A stretch of DNA of 64,000 nt from the human T2T-CHM13v2.0 reference genome, Homo sapiens, in the NCBI RefSeq assembly GCF_009914755.1, contig NC_060947.1; one strand, written 5' to 3'. A program made the translations under genes and the position numbers. Positions 26,109 to 41,660 of this stretch are shown in pieces (within the stretch, counting starts at the first letter, position 1; every line of letters starts with the position of its first letter). Under the pieces are notes generated by a model that saw only the letters and a program-made list of their open reading frames with translations, was not told where the DNA came from and made no database searches.

Positions 26109-27724
26109 TTTAAATAACCAATAAAAATATCTATATTGTGAGACAAGAGTCTCTTCATTACTAATTTTTCCAAGATTTCAATAGTAGGCAAATTTAATAA
26201 TCATTCCTCGAAAAAAGTTTAGAGTAATTTTTGTTTAGTTCAAAAATTGTGTTGAAATCGTAATTGAGATTGCATTAAATTTGTAGAGTAATTTGAAGAG
26301 CATGCTATATCTTTTCATTAATGCAATATTTTTAAAAACTTCACTTAGGAGAGCATACAAATTTCTTCATATAGTTGACATAGTTTCTCTATATATGTAT
26401 ATATCTCATTAAGTTTATTTCCAAGAATGTCATATACTAGTTACCATTATTAATATAATGATTTTAATTCATACTTTTCTCATGAATGGTGTTATGAAGA
26501 TAAGGTATCAATTTGTAAAATTTTAGTTAGTTTTGTACATTAAAATTTTTATGAAAATATTTCAGGTTTCAGAAATATACAACTAAACAGAATAATATTA
26601 ATGATACCTAATAAACTTACGTACATGGTATTAAAGATATTAGTATTTATAACAGAAAGTAATAATAAAATATTAATAACGTTAATAATAAAGACATCCA
26701 TATTCTACTCCTATAGTTCTGGGAGTAGGACATTATCAATAACTTTGGAATTCCCATTGTGTCCATTGTGGATTGCATCTAGTTCTTATCTCTGGGGAAA
26801 TCATTTTCCTTGGGGTCAGTTTTTTTTAAATATATTTAGCAAATATATGTATATCACTGAACAATGTATCATTTTTTGAACTTTTTGTAAGTGAGCTTGT
26901 ACTGTATGTATTCTGTGGCTTGCTCTTTTTGCTCAACATTTTATTTCTGATGTTGGAACATTATAATAGAAAAAGTGGCAACCTTTCAAAGAGTCTTTAA
27001 AGCCTCTTTCCCAAAAAACTGGTTGATATAAAAAAAAGATGATTTATTTTAAGTTCACCTGCAAGAAAAAAGGTGTATAAATAATGAGGAAAAACATCTC
27101 GAAAATCAAAGGTAATGGGAGAAGTTGCTCTTCAACATGATAAAATATACTATAGCATTACAGTAACTAAATGATATAGTCCTAGCACTGGAAAAATTTA
27201 CTAGAAAAGGGAAACCAGGCAAATAACTGAGAGCTTTAAGAATTTACACATGATAAAGAAGACATTTTAAGCTAATGAGAGAGCAAGAATTATTTTATAA
27301 GTAGGCATTGAGATTGTATAATTTTGGAAAAATAAATGGAACCCTACTTCACACCACTTACGAAAACAAATTCCAAATACATTAACTAATTAGTTGCAAT
27401 AAATTAAACTATAAAGATAGCTGGAAATAAGAAAGAATATTTATCTGATGGCAGGTTAAACTGAAGAACAAAAGAAAAAACATAAAGGAAAATACTAACA
27501 CATTTAACATAATGAAAGCTAAAACTCCTATAATTTTTTTTAAGTTTGAACAGAATTAAAAGTGAAATGAAAAAAGTGGTAAAATAATTGACAAATTTTT
27601 AAATGACAGAACAATGGTTAATAGCTTAATATATTTTAACATATAAATATGTATAAAGAGTTCTTATAAATTATTCATAATAAGAAGCATGGAAATATGG
27701 AAAATAGAAATGAACACAGAAAAA

Positions 27725-28102
27725 AGATTAACAACAATAACTAATAATAAAATTGAACAATTATAACAATATGCTCTAATGAAAAGTGAATGAGGTCCCC
27801 CTCTCTCTCTCAAAATATCTTATTGTACTATATTCTTCATTCTTCATGTCCTGGGCGGGTTGGAGTGGGATCGTGCGAGATTTCATCACACTACTCAGAA
27901 ACGCACACAATTTAAAATTTTGCCATTAAAGGTAATGGCAAAAATTGCAATTACTTTTGCAACAACCTAAAAAAATTGTTTTTCTTTTTTTCAGGAATTT
28001 TCGAGGAATTTTTTTCAGAAAATTTTTAAAAATTTTCTGGCCACAATTGACAGCAGGTAACTGAAATTGCAGAAAGCAAAATCTCAGAAGAGGTGACTTC
28101 TG
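27725..28102. mobile_element. MER44-like Tigger fragment
   Basis: aataactaataataaaattgaacaattataacaata...ctctctcaaaatatcttattgtact...gatttcatcacactactcagaa. Confidence 0.7.
27918..27970. mobile_element. MADE1 (Hsmar1-derived MITE), partial
   Basis: ttttgccatta...taatggcaaaaattgcaattacttttgcaacaacctaa: centre plus one full mariner TIR. Confidence 0.8.
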
Positions 28103-29337
28103 AATTCATCAAATGATGGGAAAAATATACACAAAATATTAACATCGACTATCTCTGGGTTGTGGTAACACAGGTGGCTTTTCCTCAGTGTGTTTTTCTG
28201 TATTAAAAAATATAGCACAGTCAGAAAATAGTATTCAAAATATATTAAAACCTATGTTGTTTCTTTGTCTTAGAACGAATCAGAATTTTCAAACTATGTG
28301 CAAACCTTCATATTTTACTACACATCATATTTTATTGCAATTGTTTCTTTTCTTGACTTGTCCTGCCTCACTGGATTTTGGATTTCTTAAAACTTCATTT
28401 AGTAGAGCATACAAATATTGTTGTATGAATATTAAGGTCAATTTTAATATTGAGCTCTATTTTTATATAAGATTACAATGAATCTCCAAATAACATTTTT
28501 TTCCTCTTTTAACATATAATGCAGGGCTGATATAGGAAACTATGCCTGGTTTTACTGATGAGTTTAATTTTCTATAATTGTTTCACAGCATTTTAACCTA
28601 ACATTAAAGCTACCAATAAATATTTTCTCTCTAAGATCTTATTTTTTTTAGGTTAAAACTGGCTGACTTAACATTTGCTGGAAGAGTCATTAAATCATTC
28701 CAATAAGTTTCAGTATCTTATTTTTCTATGGGCCATTGTTTTTTTCTCTTTATGTTCATGTATATGATGGAAAGCAAATTTGTACTTTTTTGTATTAAAG
28801 ATGCATTCCAGTTTAGTAGAGTTTTTATGTCTAGATGATTTCCTTCAAAAGGGTTTATTTCAGGTTAGTTTGGTAAACTGCTCTAAAAAATATGTGTGCA
28901 TGCATGTGTGTGTGTGTAGGTAGGTAGGAAGAGAAGAAATAGGGGAAAATCCTCTAGGTAATTATTTAAACCATGTGATACACAATTAAATCAACAATGG
29001 AGTGAGGTTCTTATTCAAATGCTAACTAATCATTATTAAATGACAATTTCTTTATCTTTTTGATACTGGGTCTGATATTTCTTCATTGTGAAATATGTGT
29101 GTAAATCAAAATGGCCACATCTTATTTTTATAACTTGAAGGTGTCCTTTAAGATTTTGTTCCTAAGGGAGATACTATTATTTCAAAATATATTGCTAATT
29201 ACAAGACATGTATCTTTATAAAATGCGTTAAAAAGCTGGTGTTTTCTGGCAAGAAATGTGGTATAAAAACAAGCAAATTTTATTGCAGCAACTAATTACC
29301 TTTTCTTTTTTGTACTTTGAAGTTTAAACTATTTAAT

Positions 29338-29660
<323 letters not shown>

Positions 29661-30007
29661 TAAACTATTTATTTTTAATCTGTAATAAGAGTGAGTGTTT
29701 CATTTTTATTTTGTTATGAATGTAGGTCATAAAAGATATGACTTAAAATAGCAACATTATTAAAAATAGCAATAGCCTCCAAAATACATGTATTTTGTGT
29801 TGATTCTTAAAATTATTTTGTTTTTTTTCAAAGCACTTTACTAATTCTGATTTTGATATTTTACTTTTAACCTGAGCCTTTATAGTCTATGTTTGGAATC
29901 CTATAAATAAATTTGACAGTATTTTACCTATATAATCTGTACTTGATGAAAAGTTACTTGTTAATTGGAACTAAAACAAAACAAGCAAAACAAAACAAAA
30001 TAAAATA

Positions 30008-30240
30008 CAGGCTGAGCATCACTTATCTCAAATACCTGGGACCAGAAGTGTTTTGGATTTTGGATGTTTCTGGATTTTGGAACATTTACATTTTAACTAC
30101 CAGATAAACATCCCAAATCTGGACATCTGAAATCTGAAATCTGAAATGCTCCGAAGAGCATTTCCTTTGAGTGTCATCTTGGCACTCAGAAAGTTCTGCA
30201 TTTTGGGTTTCAGATTTTCAAGTTTGCTATGCTCAACCTG
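30008..30240 (+). mobile_element. Tigger4a/MER46-like DNA transposon
   Basis: ta|caggctgagcat ... atgctcaacctg|ta inverted termini. Confidence 0.85.
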
Positions 30241-30503
30241 TATAACAAGTGAATATTTAAAAATGCTTTCTTCAACAACCCTACCTCCTGTTGATTAGCA
30301 TCTAGGTTAGAAAATACACACTGAGGCTTCCAAATCTGACTCGGTCAGTACCTCTCTTATCTTTGGTAACTGCCAAGATCTGGCCCTACAATTCCTGTTT
30401 CTTTTCTGGTGAGATTTTCCAACATTACACTTTAGCAGTAGGGTTACAATCTGAACATTGCCATTTTCTAAATTTCTTTCAACTTAAAAAAATCCTTTTT
30501 TAA

Positions 30504-30806
<303 letters not shown>

Positions 30807-30999
30807 TCAACCATATCGAGGAATAACTTATGTATAGTAAACTGCATCCATTTAAAATGTACAATTTAATAACTTTTGAAAATTATATAAAGTTATGAAA
30901 CCACCACCAAAATCAAGATAGAGAGCATTTCTAATATCCCCTCCCCACATTCCTGCTACATCTCTTTAATCTATCCCTCCTTCATCTCACATTTGTTTC

Positions 31000-33130
31000 C
31001 TTTTTTAAACTCTAAATTCCAACTCTTGGGCCACAACATACTGTCTTTGCAATCCTTTACTTGCAGCATACCATCTCACAATTCTCCTGATTGTGAACTT
31101 CCTCCTTGCTCTATTTCTTTTACTAACTAGTGAAAATGGTCGAACACTTCAACTCTATTGCTTCCAGCTGTCTTAATCTTCTGCTGAACTTGCCCTCCCA
31201 ATCACCATCTCCGCAATACTCATTTTTTTTTCTCCACTTCTGCTTCAGGGAAGTAGAGTTCTACTGGAGAAAAAGCACATATCCTTTTAGATTGGATCTA
31301 CTACAAATTTGTGATCTCCAACCTCAGCTGTCAGCACAGCTCAGCAATTTTTTACTGATCCCTAATTGTATCCCTTTCTTGTACCCCACAGTAGCTGTTC
31401 TAAACTTAAAAATCTCATTAAAATCTCTCTCCTTCCAGGCTTTCCTTTCAGCAGTGTTTAACCTCCTACCTCAGTGATATTCTTCAAATGTGCCTTCCCT
31501 CAGCCTTCAGGTACATCTATATTTTTACTTATTCTTGCCTTATTTAATTATGCCTCAGAGGAAAATGTGTCCCTGCTCCCTCCCAAAGATAACCTCTCCA
31601 TGGTGCTCCTGAGCTCATGCCCTCCCATTCCCATCAAGACTTTATTTCATCAACTGTCCTCTTCTCCCCTATATTTGATCTTGATCTCTGTCTTTTTTTC
31701 TTTCTCTTTCTTTATTCATTTTTTACAAATAAACCTGTGTATGCACTCATCTGCAATGACAGTAACAATCACAACTTATAAATAAAACCTTCTTTAATCC
31801 TAACTTCTCTAATTAGCTGTTAGTCATTCTTTTTCAGCCCAAACATTTATTGAAAAAGAGCTCTACACCCAGGACTCTACTTCCTTACCCCCCTCCACTC
31901 CTCATCTTATTATGTTATAGTTTCTGATCATGTCATTCCATCAAAAATGCTCTTGAAGTAAGGCATTTCTTTAAAAATTGTTTATACTTTTAGGCACTAT
32001 AGAGACACTGGGGGTAGAACTATGAATAAGACAAAGTCCTTATTCTCATTCAGTTTACATTCTGGAGGAGGGAGACCAACAATAAAGAAGTAAACAAATG
32101 CATGACAATATAAGGAAAATAATATACGATGTGACAGAGAATGACTGAGAAAGGGCTAGTTAGATGGAGTGACAGAGAAGGTTTCTTGGAGAAGGTGGAA
32201 TTTGAGTTGAACCCTGATTGACGAAAAGGAGCTAGCCATCTGAAATCTTGGAAAAAAGTATTCTGAAAGGAGAAACAGCACGGGGAAAAGACAGTGTGAT
32301 CATGGTATAAAAAGCCAGGGTGTAATCCCAACACTTTGGGAAGCCAAGGCAGGAGGATCGCTTGAGCCTGGGAGTTTGAGACCAGCGTAGGCAAATAGGG
32401 CAACCCTGTATTTATAGAAAATACAAATAAATCTTTTAAAAAATTAGCTGGGCATAGTGGCACATGCCTGTGGTTCCATCTGCTCAGGAGGCTGAGGTGG
32501 AAAGATCGCTTGAGCTAGGAGATTGAGGCTGAAGTGAGCTGTGATTTTGCCACTGCACTCCAGCCTGAATCTGTATGACAGAATGAAAGTGTCAAAAAGA
32601 AAAAAAAAAGAAAGAAAAGAAGGAAAGAAAAGAGAAGAAAAAAAGAAAAGAAAAGAAAAGAAAAGAAAAAAGCCAGAGTGAGAAAGACAGGAAATGATGG
32701 TTAAAACATAGTGAGAGGTTAGATCAAGTAGGACTTGTGGGTCTGGTAAATGCTTTGGAATTTTCTAAATATGATGAGAAGCTTTTGGAAGATTGAGAAC
32801 AACAAAAATTTATGACCCGACTTACCTTTTTGAAAAAGATTATTCTGGCTGCTGATGGATATTTGGCCATAGGAGAGTAAGGAAGAAAGCAAGGAGACCA
32901 GTCTGCAGACTGTTGCAATAGTATGGATGAGAGGTGGTGGTATACCAGGTACCTTTTTGCTTCTGTGCCTTTGCTCATGCAGTTCTTTCTTTCTGGTGAA
33001 CTCTGATTCATAATTTAAAACTCAACACAACCACTACATCTTTGGAAAGCCTTCTTCAATTCCCAACCACTGTGTACCAGACAGAATTAATTCCTCCTTT
33101 TTCTGGGTTCATATAGTGTTTTTCATGAAA
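31000..33130. mobile_element. L2 fragments (sense ~31000-31960, antisense ~31985-32940, sense ~32950-33130)
   Basis: Pyrimidine-rich L2 body; aggcactatagagacactgggg...atgaataagacaaagtcct antisense L2 3' end. Confidence 0.6.
32318..32670 (+). mobile_element. AluJ with (GAAAA)n tail
   Basis: ggaggatcgcttgagcctgggagttt AluJ diagnostics; TSD aaaaagccag. Confidence 0.92.
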
Positions 33131-33216
33131 TGTATTACAGTACATACCTAGAAGAATGGTTAAATGTACAAACCCTGGAGCTAGATTGTTTGAAATAAAA
33201 TCTTGTCTTTAGCCCT

Positions 33217-33670
33217 GCTGTGGGTTGAATTGTGTCTCCCCAAAATTCATATGTTGAAACTCTCACTCTCAGTACCTGATAATGTGACCTTATTTGGAAA
33301 CAGGGTCATTGCAGATATAATTACTTAAAATGAGGTCATACTAAAGTTGGGTAGACCTCTAATCCAATATGATCGATGTCCTTATAGAAAAGAGAAATTT
33401 GGACACAGGCATGCATGCAGGAAGAACACTACTTACAGAGATCGAGGTGATCTTTTGTAAGCCAAGTACTGCCAAAGACTCCCACCAAACCACCAGAAGC
33501 TAAAAGCAAGGCAGTGGATCAGTTTTCTTCCTCACATTCCTCAGAAGAAACCAAGCCTGAAAACTCCTTAATCTTGGACTTCTAGCCTCCAGAACTGTGA
33601 AAGACTAGATTTCTGTGGTAAGCCATCTTATTTTTAGTACTGTATTATAGCAGCTCTACAAACTAATATA
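33217..33670 (+). mobile_element. MLT1C/MLT1B-like MaLR LTR inside a MIR (MIR ~33150-33865)
   Basis: tgctgtgggttgaattgtgtctccccaaaattcatatgttgaa...aatgtgaccttatttggaaacaggg...aaactaatata. Confidence 0.85.
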
Positions 33671-34786
33671 AATCCATACTAGCTGCACAGCTTCAGGAAG
33701 ATTGCATAACCCCTCTGTGCCTAAGTTGCTTCATCTGAAAAAAGAGAATGATTTGTTCCTGCCACATAAGGTTGTTATTATTATTTCATGAGTTAATACA
33801 CTTAAGGGTTTTTAAATAGTGTCTGGGACATAGAAAGCATTCATTGAGTATCAGCTATTATTCTTCAACCAATCATGAGTGTTCCGAGGGCAGGGATTAT
33901 CTTTTATTTATCTTTGTAAACTAAGGGTTTAGCAACATGCCAGGCACAGACTAGGAGCTCAATATTTGTTTCTTTAATGAATTCAGAATTCCCAGACATT
34001 TTTTTTTCTAGAAATGAATCATTTTACAATTCTGTGGTTTAGAGATTCTGAACACTTCCTTCAAGCTCCTTGTCAAAAATCATTATCAGTACTAATAAGA
34101 TTGTTTTGAATAATTTGGTATCTTGTCTGCAGTTTAGCTAGCACTTTGTCTCTCCAAATCTTAGTTTGTTCATCTATTAGATTAGATCATTGAGCCAGAT
34201 AATCTTTAAGGTCCCTTCTAATTTCAAAATTGTGCAACCTTTGTCCCTGAGTATAGTTGAGAAGGGCAGTGCATTTGAAGAATAAATTATATTTGATCAT
34301 TGAAGAAACAACAAAGTATCTCACAAATCAACAAGAAAGCACTCTCAGGCAATGAGAACTCTATTTGGCAGGGCTCATAGTGCACTTTTTCTAGGCCGTT
34401 AAAATGAATGAAACCTTATGTGCACATCTCAGTAATTTAATGGTTCCACTTTTCCAAAAACCATTCAAAGAATTGTAAGTCTCTCCCTCTGTAACGAGCT
34501 TCCCAAAACTGTTCCTTTTTCCATCTCTCAAGTGAGTATTAACTATTTCAAGCCTCACACTTTCTATCTATAAGCAGAACTCTCTGCTTTACATTTTGTA
34601 TGCTGCTTCAGTTGTGAAAATGTTTTCTAGCCAAAACAACTGCAACTGCATGCCACTTAGGTTGAAGTCAGGAAAGAGCTGGATTCATTAATACTGATCT
34701 GAACAATAAAAGGAAAATTAAAATAGTGATTTTCAAACTCTAGTTTACATAAAAAATGTTGGACGCTTTCTAAAAAAGGTAGCTTT

Positions 34787-35063
<277 letters not shown>

Positions 35064-35401
35064 GGGTAGCTTTCTTCCACTCACTGCCAGATTCGGATTC
35101 AACAAGTCTAAGGGGAGGGATAGGTGTAAAGTTGCATTTCTAATAATAAGAATCTCAAATAATTCCTATCTAGGTGGTCCTAGACATACATGTATTTATG
35201 AGCCTTTATAACGAAAATAAAATTCTTTTTAAAAAATGAAATATAAATTTTAAATTAGCAAAATTAAACTTTTAAAACTGGATCTATATCACCTATAGCA
35301 AACTATCTACATACCAAACTTTTATTTTTTTACTGTATATATTTAAGATGTACAGCATGAGGTTTTGATATACTTATTAAACCTTTAAAGAAAACAGATG
35401 A

Positions 35402-35823
<422 letters not shown>

Positions 35824-35959
35824 TCAGCATGGTTCACATAGCCATTTTAAATATCGATTTTCTTGTCTGTTGTTTCTTTTGGAAGAATAATGAGCTTTCA
35901 ACCCTCTTTACCTCTGCTTCAGTGTGTTGATTTCTGAAAATACTGATTTATGTCAAGTG

Positions 35960-36400
35960 AAATTTGGTAAGAGTCAAGTATAAGCTTTACCATGGTAATA
36001 AGCAGCCTTCAAATCACAGTGCTCATTTATTTCTTGCTCGTGTCGTATAGTGGCTGTAGATCAGGTTTGGCTCTGCTCCAATCTGCAGCTCTGCTTCACT
36101 CTGCTGCATATGTTTCTAATTTTCAGACCTTGTTTAAATGAGGAGCCCTTACCTGATACAGGTTGCTCTCATGACAAGGGGAGTGGCAAGAGACAGAGCC
36201 AAATGCACCATCACATTTAAAGCCTCTTCTAGGACATGGCCTAAATCACGTCTGCACACATTCCACTGACCAAAGCAATTCATATGGCCGGTACTGAATG
36301 AGGAAGTGTATTTCATTTACGAGGAGGCATTGCAAATTGCATGGCTAGTGTAGGCATGTACAACTCTATTACACAAGAGGAAATAATTTTGAACAATTTG
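35960..36400. mobile_element. Old MLT1-type MaLR LTR remnant
   Basis: catttatttcttgctc...cacattccactgaccaaagcaattcatatggcc motif typical of old MLT1 LTRs. Confidence 0.55.
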
Positions 36401-37213
36401 ATTATCTAATAGCTGGTGCAATTAACACTTCTGATTTCAGCTACAAAGTGTTTCTCTTTAGATAAATCATCCATTTCCATAGAAGACACCTCAAACAAAA
36501 TCTATTCAGTTGATAATATAATAAGGTTTTAAAGCTGAAATGTAAAGTTTTATGGTCAATGGTTACCATTTGGTATATGCATATAAATGATGCCTTAGGC
36601 TTGACATGCTGCCATCGGCTTTTTGCTCTTCTTTTGATTACAAGCTCCATTAGGTTCTTCATTAGGTTCTCTCAGTGTCCAGCACAATGGCTGACCATGC
36701 AGCTGAAGCTCAACAGATTTCTGAGTGAATAAATGAATACTAAAGGTAGCTTGAATTAACAGGGTACATAGTAAAGAATGTCTCATCATTGTTGTTTGGA
36801 TATCTTTTTCAAAGATGTTAATAAGTAGGATTTTTCCTTAAGTGCCAAGGGCTTAGTATGATAGAAAGATTTAAGGGACTTGATACTTTATGGCTATCTT
36901 TATTCAATTTATCTTAAGGAAAGTAATGTTAAATCTGTTCCATGTGATAAATTTAGAAGTTGTTGATCAGAAAATTGTTGATCTTGGTATATAGAGCACC
37001 TTTCTAGATATCTGGTAAACAGTAGGTAAACAATTGTGCTATTAAGTTAAAGTATTTCTTATATTATTAGGCCACAAATGGTCAATACTTTTTTGTCTAT
37101 TTTTTTTAATTGCCTCTTCACATCTTCTAGTCTGACAACAAGCTCCTATATGAACTGAAGAACTCAAGCTCTGATATGCTTCAAGTCAAATTTCCCCACT
37201 GTCCAGAAAACAT

Positions 37214-37329
37214 TGTTTTTGTTTTTGTTTTTGTTGTGTTTGTTTTTTAGAGTTGGGGTCTCACTCTATTGCCAAGGCTGGAGTGCAGTGACACAAATCA
37301 TAGTTCACTGTAACCTTGAACACCTGGGT
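37214..37329 (-). mobile_element. AluJ/FLAM fragment
   Basis: ggggtctcactctattgccaaggctggagtgcagtg...atcatagttcactgtaaccttgaac. Confidence 0.85.
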
Positions 37330-38182
37330 ATAAGGAATAAAAACCATTGTTTTTGAATGAAGCTTGTGTATTCTAATGCTCTCTCCCCTCAGTGAAAATT
37401 CCTTTCACCATCAGATGTCCTGTAATGGAGACAAGATGGGGAACAAGTGACAGTTTTTATTCCCCCAAAAGCTTAAAGATCACAGTTCTGAGGTACAGAC
37501 TTTCTGCTTCAACATGTTCTGGTATTCCCTTCTGCAAAGAAAGAACAATGACAGGTTGATCTTCCAGCTAGAGACTCAGAATATATCTGAATTTGTAGTG
37601 AAGACACAATTTAGATCGCTATGCGGGAATTCTAATATTCAGTTTACTGGTTTTATAAACACATAAGACTTTGAGGAGAGTTATAAGTGATTTCTCACTC
37701 TAACATCACTTTCTCTCTTATCCCAATTTAGTAATTTCTATTTTTAAAAAATCCTTGCAGAGTTAGGCATAGCAACTTTGCATTCAATTTAAAAGCTTGT
37801 TAAATATTTGTTTCAAACCAGATTTTCTTATATGTTTACTTAGTTAAGGGGCTTAAGGCTTTGGTTAGAATTTTTACTAATTTCAAATTTAATAATTGAT
37901 AGGAATATGTGATTTGCTAATAAATTTGCTATTTATCAATTTGTAAGGGATAGTGTCTGAGTAAGAAATAATATAAAAGAGATGAGATCTCTGTACCTGG
38001 AATTATATAATTTTTTTAATGTTCTTTATATTGCTTTCAGAAGAAACAATGCTCTCATTCTCAGAAGGCCTCTGCTCTTTCCTCCCAAATGAAAAGTCTG
38101 CAAGACACATGCTTTTAATCTCCAATATCAAAAAGTGAACTATAATCAATAATTATGTACATCTTATATTTATTTACTATCA

Positions 38183-38548
38183 ATATTAGTTTGCTAGGAC
38201 TGCTAGAACCAAACACCAGTGACTGGGTGGATTAAACAATAGAGGTTTATTTTCTCACACTTCTGAAGCAACTCCAAGTTCAAGGTACTGGCAGAGGGTT
38301 GCAGATGTCTGCCTTCTTAATGTCTCTACCAAATGTTGTCCCTCTGTTCATGGGTTCCCCTGATGTCTCTTTCTCTTCTTATAAGAACACCAGTTATATT
38401 GGGTTAGGGCCCCTTTCTACTGGTCTCATTTTTAACCTAATCATTGCTTTAATGACCTTATTTACAAATATAGCCACATTCTAACATACTGGGGGTTAGG
38501 GCTTCAATACATGATTTTGGCTGGAACACAATTCAGCCCAAAATACTA
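38183..38548 (-). mobile_element. MLT1B/C-like MaLR LTR
   Basis: tattagtttgctaggactgc...gactgggtggattaaacaatagaggtttattttctcac...acacaattcagccca. Confidence 0.8.
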
Positions 38549-39074
38549 CCAAAGGATATAAGGCAGGCATATAATATTTTCTTTTTCCTCACAACATTCT
38601 AGTGATGTAAGTAAGACGGATTATATGATTTCACATGTAAAATCTGTGCTGCTTATTGATACCTCAAAGATTCCAGATACTGATCTTACGTGTTTTAAAA
38701 AGAGTTATTTTTAATAATACAAAAGGGATCATTGTAAGCTGTTGCAAAGTGCAGTATAGAGTTGCTATTACCTCCTATGCAGAAATATTGTGTCACATTG
38801 TTTTGCCTGCATGCTTCCTATTCTTTTCTGAGTACATCCACCTTTTAAATGTAAAATTAGGATCTCCTTTGTAGTTTACAATATATTACAAATGTTTTTA
38901 TGACATTAAATATTTTTTAAAAACAGAATATTCTTATTTGCATAAGATAATATTGAATAGGTGTTTAATAATTGTGTAAATCTCATTTCAAGAAATAAAA
39001 GTACAATGTCATTGATTTTTTAGTTTTTATTTATTGTTTATTTAATCACTAGAATGAATACTTTTTTTCTTTTT

Positions 39075-40640
39075 CTTATCTTAATTTTGTGGTAAGGATA
39101 CATAATATGACATTTACCTCTTAAATGTTTAAGTTCACAATATAGTATTATTAACTGTAGGTATAATGTTGTACAATAGATCTCTAGAACTTACCCATCT
39201 TGCATAACTAAAATATTAAACCAATTGAATAGCAACTCTCTGTTTGCCCCCCTTCCAGCCTCTAGCAACTACCATTCTACTCTCTTCTTCTATGAATTTG
39301 TCTACTCTAGATACCTAACATAGGTGAAATTGTGCAGTATTTGTCCTTCTGTGATTGGCTTATTTCACCTAGCATAATGTCCTCCAGGTTCATCTATGCT
39401 GTAGCATATGGCAGAATTTCTGGGTTTTTTTTTTTTTCTTTTTTAAGGCTGAGTAACATTCCATTGTTTGTATATACCACATTTTTTTTTTCCATTCATT
39501 TGTCAATAGACACTTTGGTTGTTTCCATATCTTGGCTATTATGCCTAGTGCTGCAATGAGCATGAGAGTTTATTTCTCTCTTCAAGGTCCCGATTTTAAT
39601 TTTTTAGGATATATATGCAAAAGTGATTGCTGGGTCTTATGGTAGTTCTATTTTTAATTTTTTGAGAGACCTACATAGTGTTTCCATAGTGGTTGCACCA
39701 TTTCTCATTCCCACCAATAGTGTAAAAGAGTTCTAAGTTCTCCACATCCTTGACAATAATTGTTATCTTTTTTGATAATGATAAGCATGAGGTGATATTT
39801 CATTGTGGTTTGAATTTGTAATTCCTGGATGATTAATGAAATTGAGCATGTTTTCATATACTTGTTTGCCATTTGTATGTCTTCTTTGTTGAAGTCCTTA
39901 CCCATTTTTCTAATTGAATTATTTGTTTATTTACCCTTGAGTTGTAGTGGTTTCTTGTGTATTGTGGATATTAACCCTTTATCAGTTGTAGGGTTTACAA
40001 ATATTTTCTCACATTTCTTAGATTGCCATTTCAATCTGTTGTTTCTTTTGCAGTGCTGAAACTGTTTAGTTTGATATAATCCAAATTGTCTAATTTTGCT
40101 TTTGTTGATTGTGCTTTTTGTGTCATATCCAAGAAAACATTGTTAAGCCCAATGTCATAATAGTTTTCACTGACATTTTCTGCTAGGAGTTACATAGTTC
40201 CAGTTCTTGTTTAAGTCTTTAATCTATTTTGAGTTGTTTTTTTATGTATGATATAAGATAGGGGTCAGATTTAATTTTTTCTTTTTTTGCCATGTGAATA
40301 TTCAGCTTTCCCAACAACATTTGTTGAAGAGAATATCCTTTCTATATTGTGTATTCTCGATTCTTGGTACTCTCATTGAATATCAGTTGACCATATATAT
40401 GAGAGTTTAATTCTGGATTCTCTATTCTGTTCCATTGGTCTATACATCTGTTTCTTGGCCAGTACCATACTATTTTAATAACAATAGCATTGTAAGATTT
40501 TGAGATGAGGACATGTGATGCCTCCAGCTTTGTTCCTCTTTCTCAAGATTGCTTTGGCTATTTGGAGTTTTTCTGGTTCCACATAAATCTTTAGATTTTT
40601 TTTTTCTATTTCTTTAAAAAGCAACATTGGAATCCTGAAG
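39075..40640 (-). mobile_element. L1MA/L1MB-type 3' end and ORF2 C-terminus
   Basis: tagatctctagaacttacccatcttgcataac 3'UTR; ORF fragment EDIQMANKYMKTCS...LLHYWWE (39705-39905). Confidence 0.88.
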
Positions 40641-41022
40641 CTGGTCTGGGATACTGCAACTTATTAACTGAAATCTGAACCTCTCATAAAGGTGTTTTTG
40701 TTACTTATATCATTGTTAAATCTGTGTTTCTGTAGGAGAATGAGGGCTGGGATTTCTTATTCTTCCATCTTGCTGATATCACCTGGGCTGAGTCCTTTTC
40801 AAGTATTTATTGGCTCTTTCTTTTTTTTTCTATCAATTGTTTGTCAATGTTCTTATCTCAGTGTTATATCTGAGTAATCATAGTTTTCTTATTGAATTTT
40901 AAGAATTCTTTGTAGAGTAGGGGATATTAACACACTGTCTATAATACATGCTGTACATATTTTCACAGTTGGTTCTATGACTTGTAATCTTATTATGGAA
41001 GAAATATATTAATATTTTTTTT

Positions 41023-41358
41023 TGTGAAGGCTTCAGTCGGGTGCTTCAGCCAAGGAGAATGGGGGAAAAGGCTCAAATTCAACTCCCTTAAAAACAAAAT
41101 TGGAGGGTTCATATTACAGGGAAAACAGAAATTAGGGAAGGGTAAGGAAGCAATCATGATGGATGGAGGGTCTGGCATTTCACTATCTAGATGTGGTGAT
41201 CTAAGGAGTTTCAGCTCCTTACCTGAGGATCAGACTCCCGAGGAAGGAACTCACGAGACAAATGTAGGTTTCAAGTTTTAAGACCAAGGAGGGTGAATTT
41301 CTATGCTTATTCAAAAAAACATAAATATTAGTTCCATGAAACAGTTGGGCCTGTTTCA
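41023..41358 (-). mobile_element. ERV1-class solo LTR (family not resolved)
   Basis: Minus strand begins tgaaacaggcccaactgtttcatggaactaat and ends ...ttcaca, resembling MER4-group LTRs. Confidence 0.6.
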
Positions 41359-41393
41359 CTGACATTCAGTTGTATTTAAAAATTTAATTAAAA

Positions 41394-41660
<267 letters not shown>

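Larger units (their letters stand above)
23850..27720. mobile_element. Patchwork of old L1M (L1MA/L1ME) fragments in both orientations
   Basis: Antisense L1ME at ~23850-24320 and 24780-25180, sense piece 24320-24460, antisense L1MA 3' end 24475-24770, sense pieces ~27000-27720; other elements nested. Confidence 0.6.
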
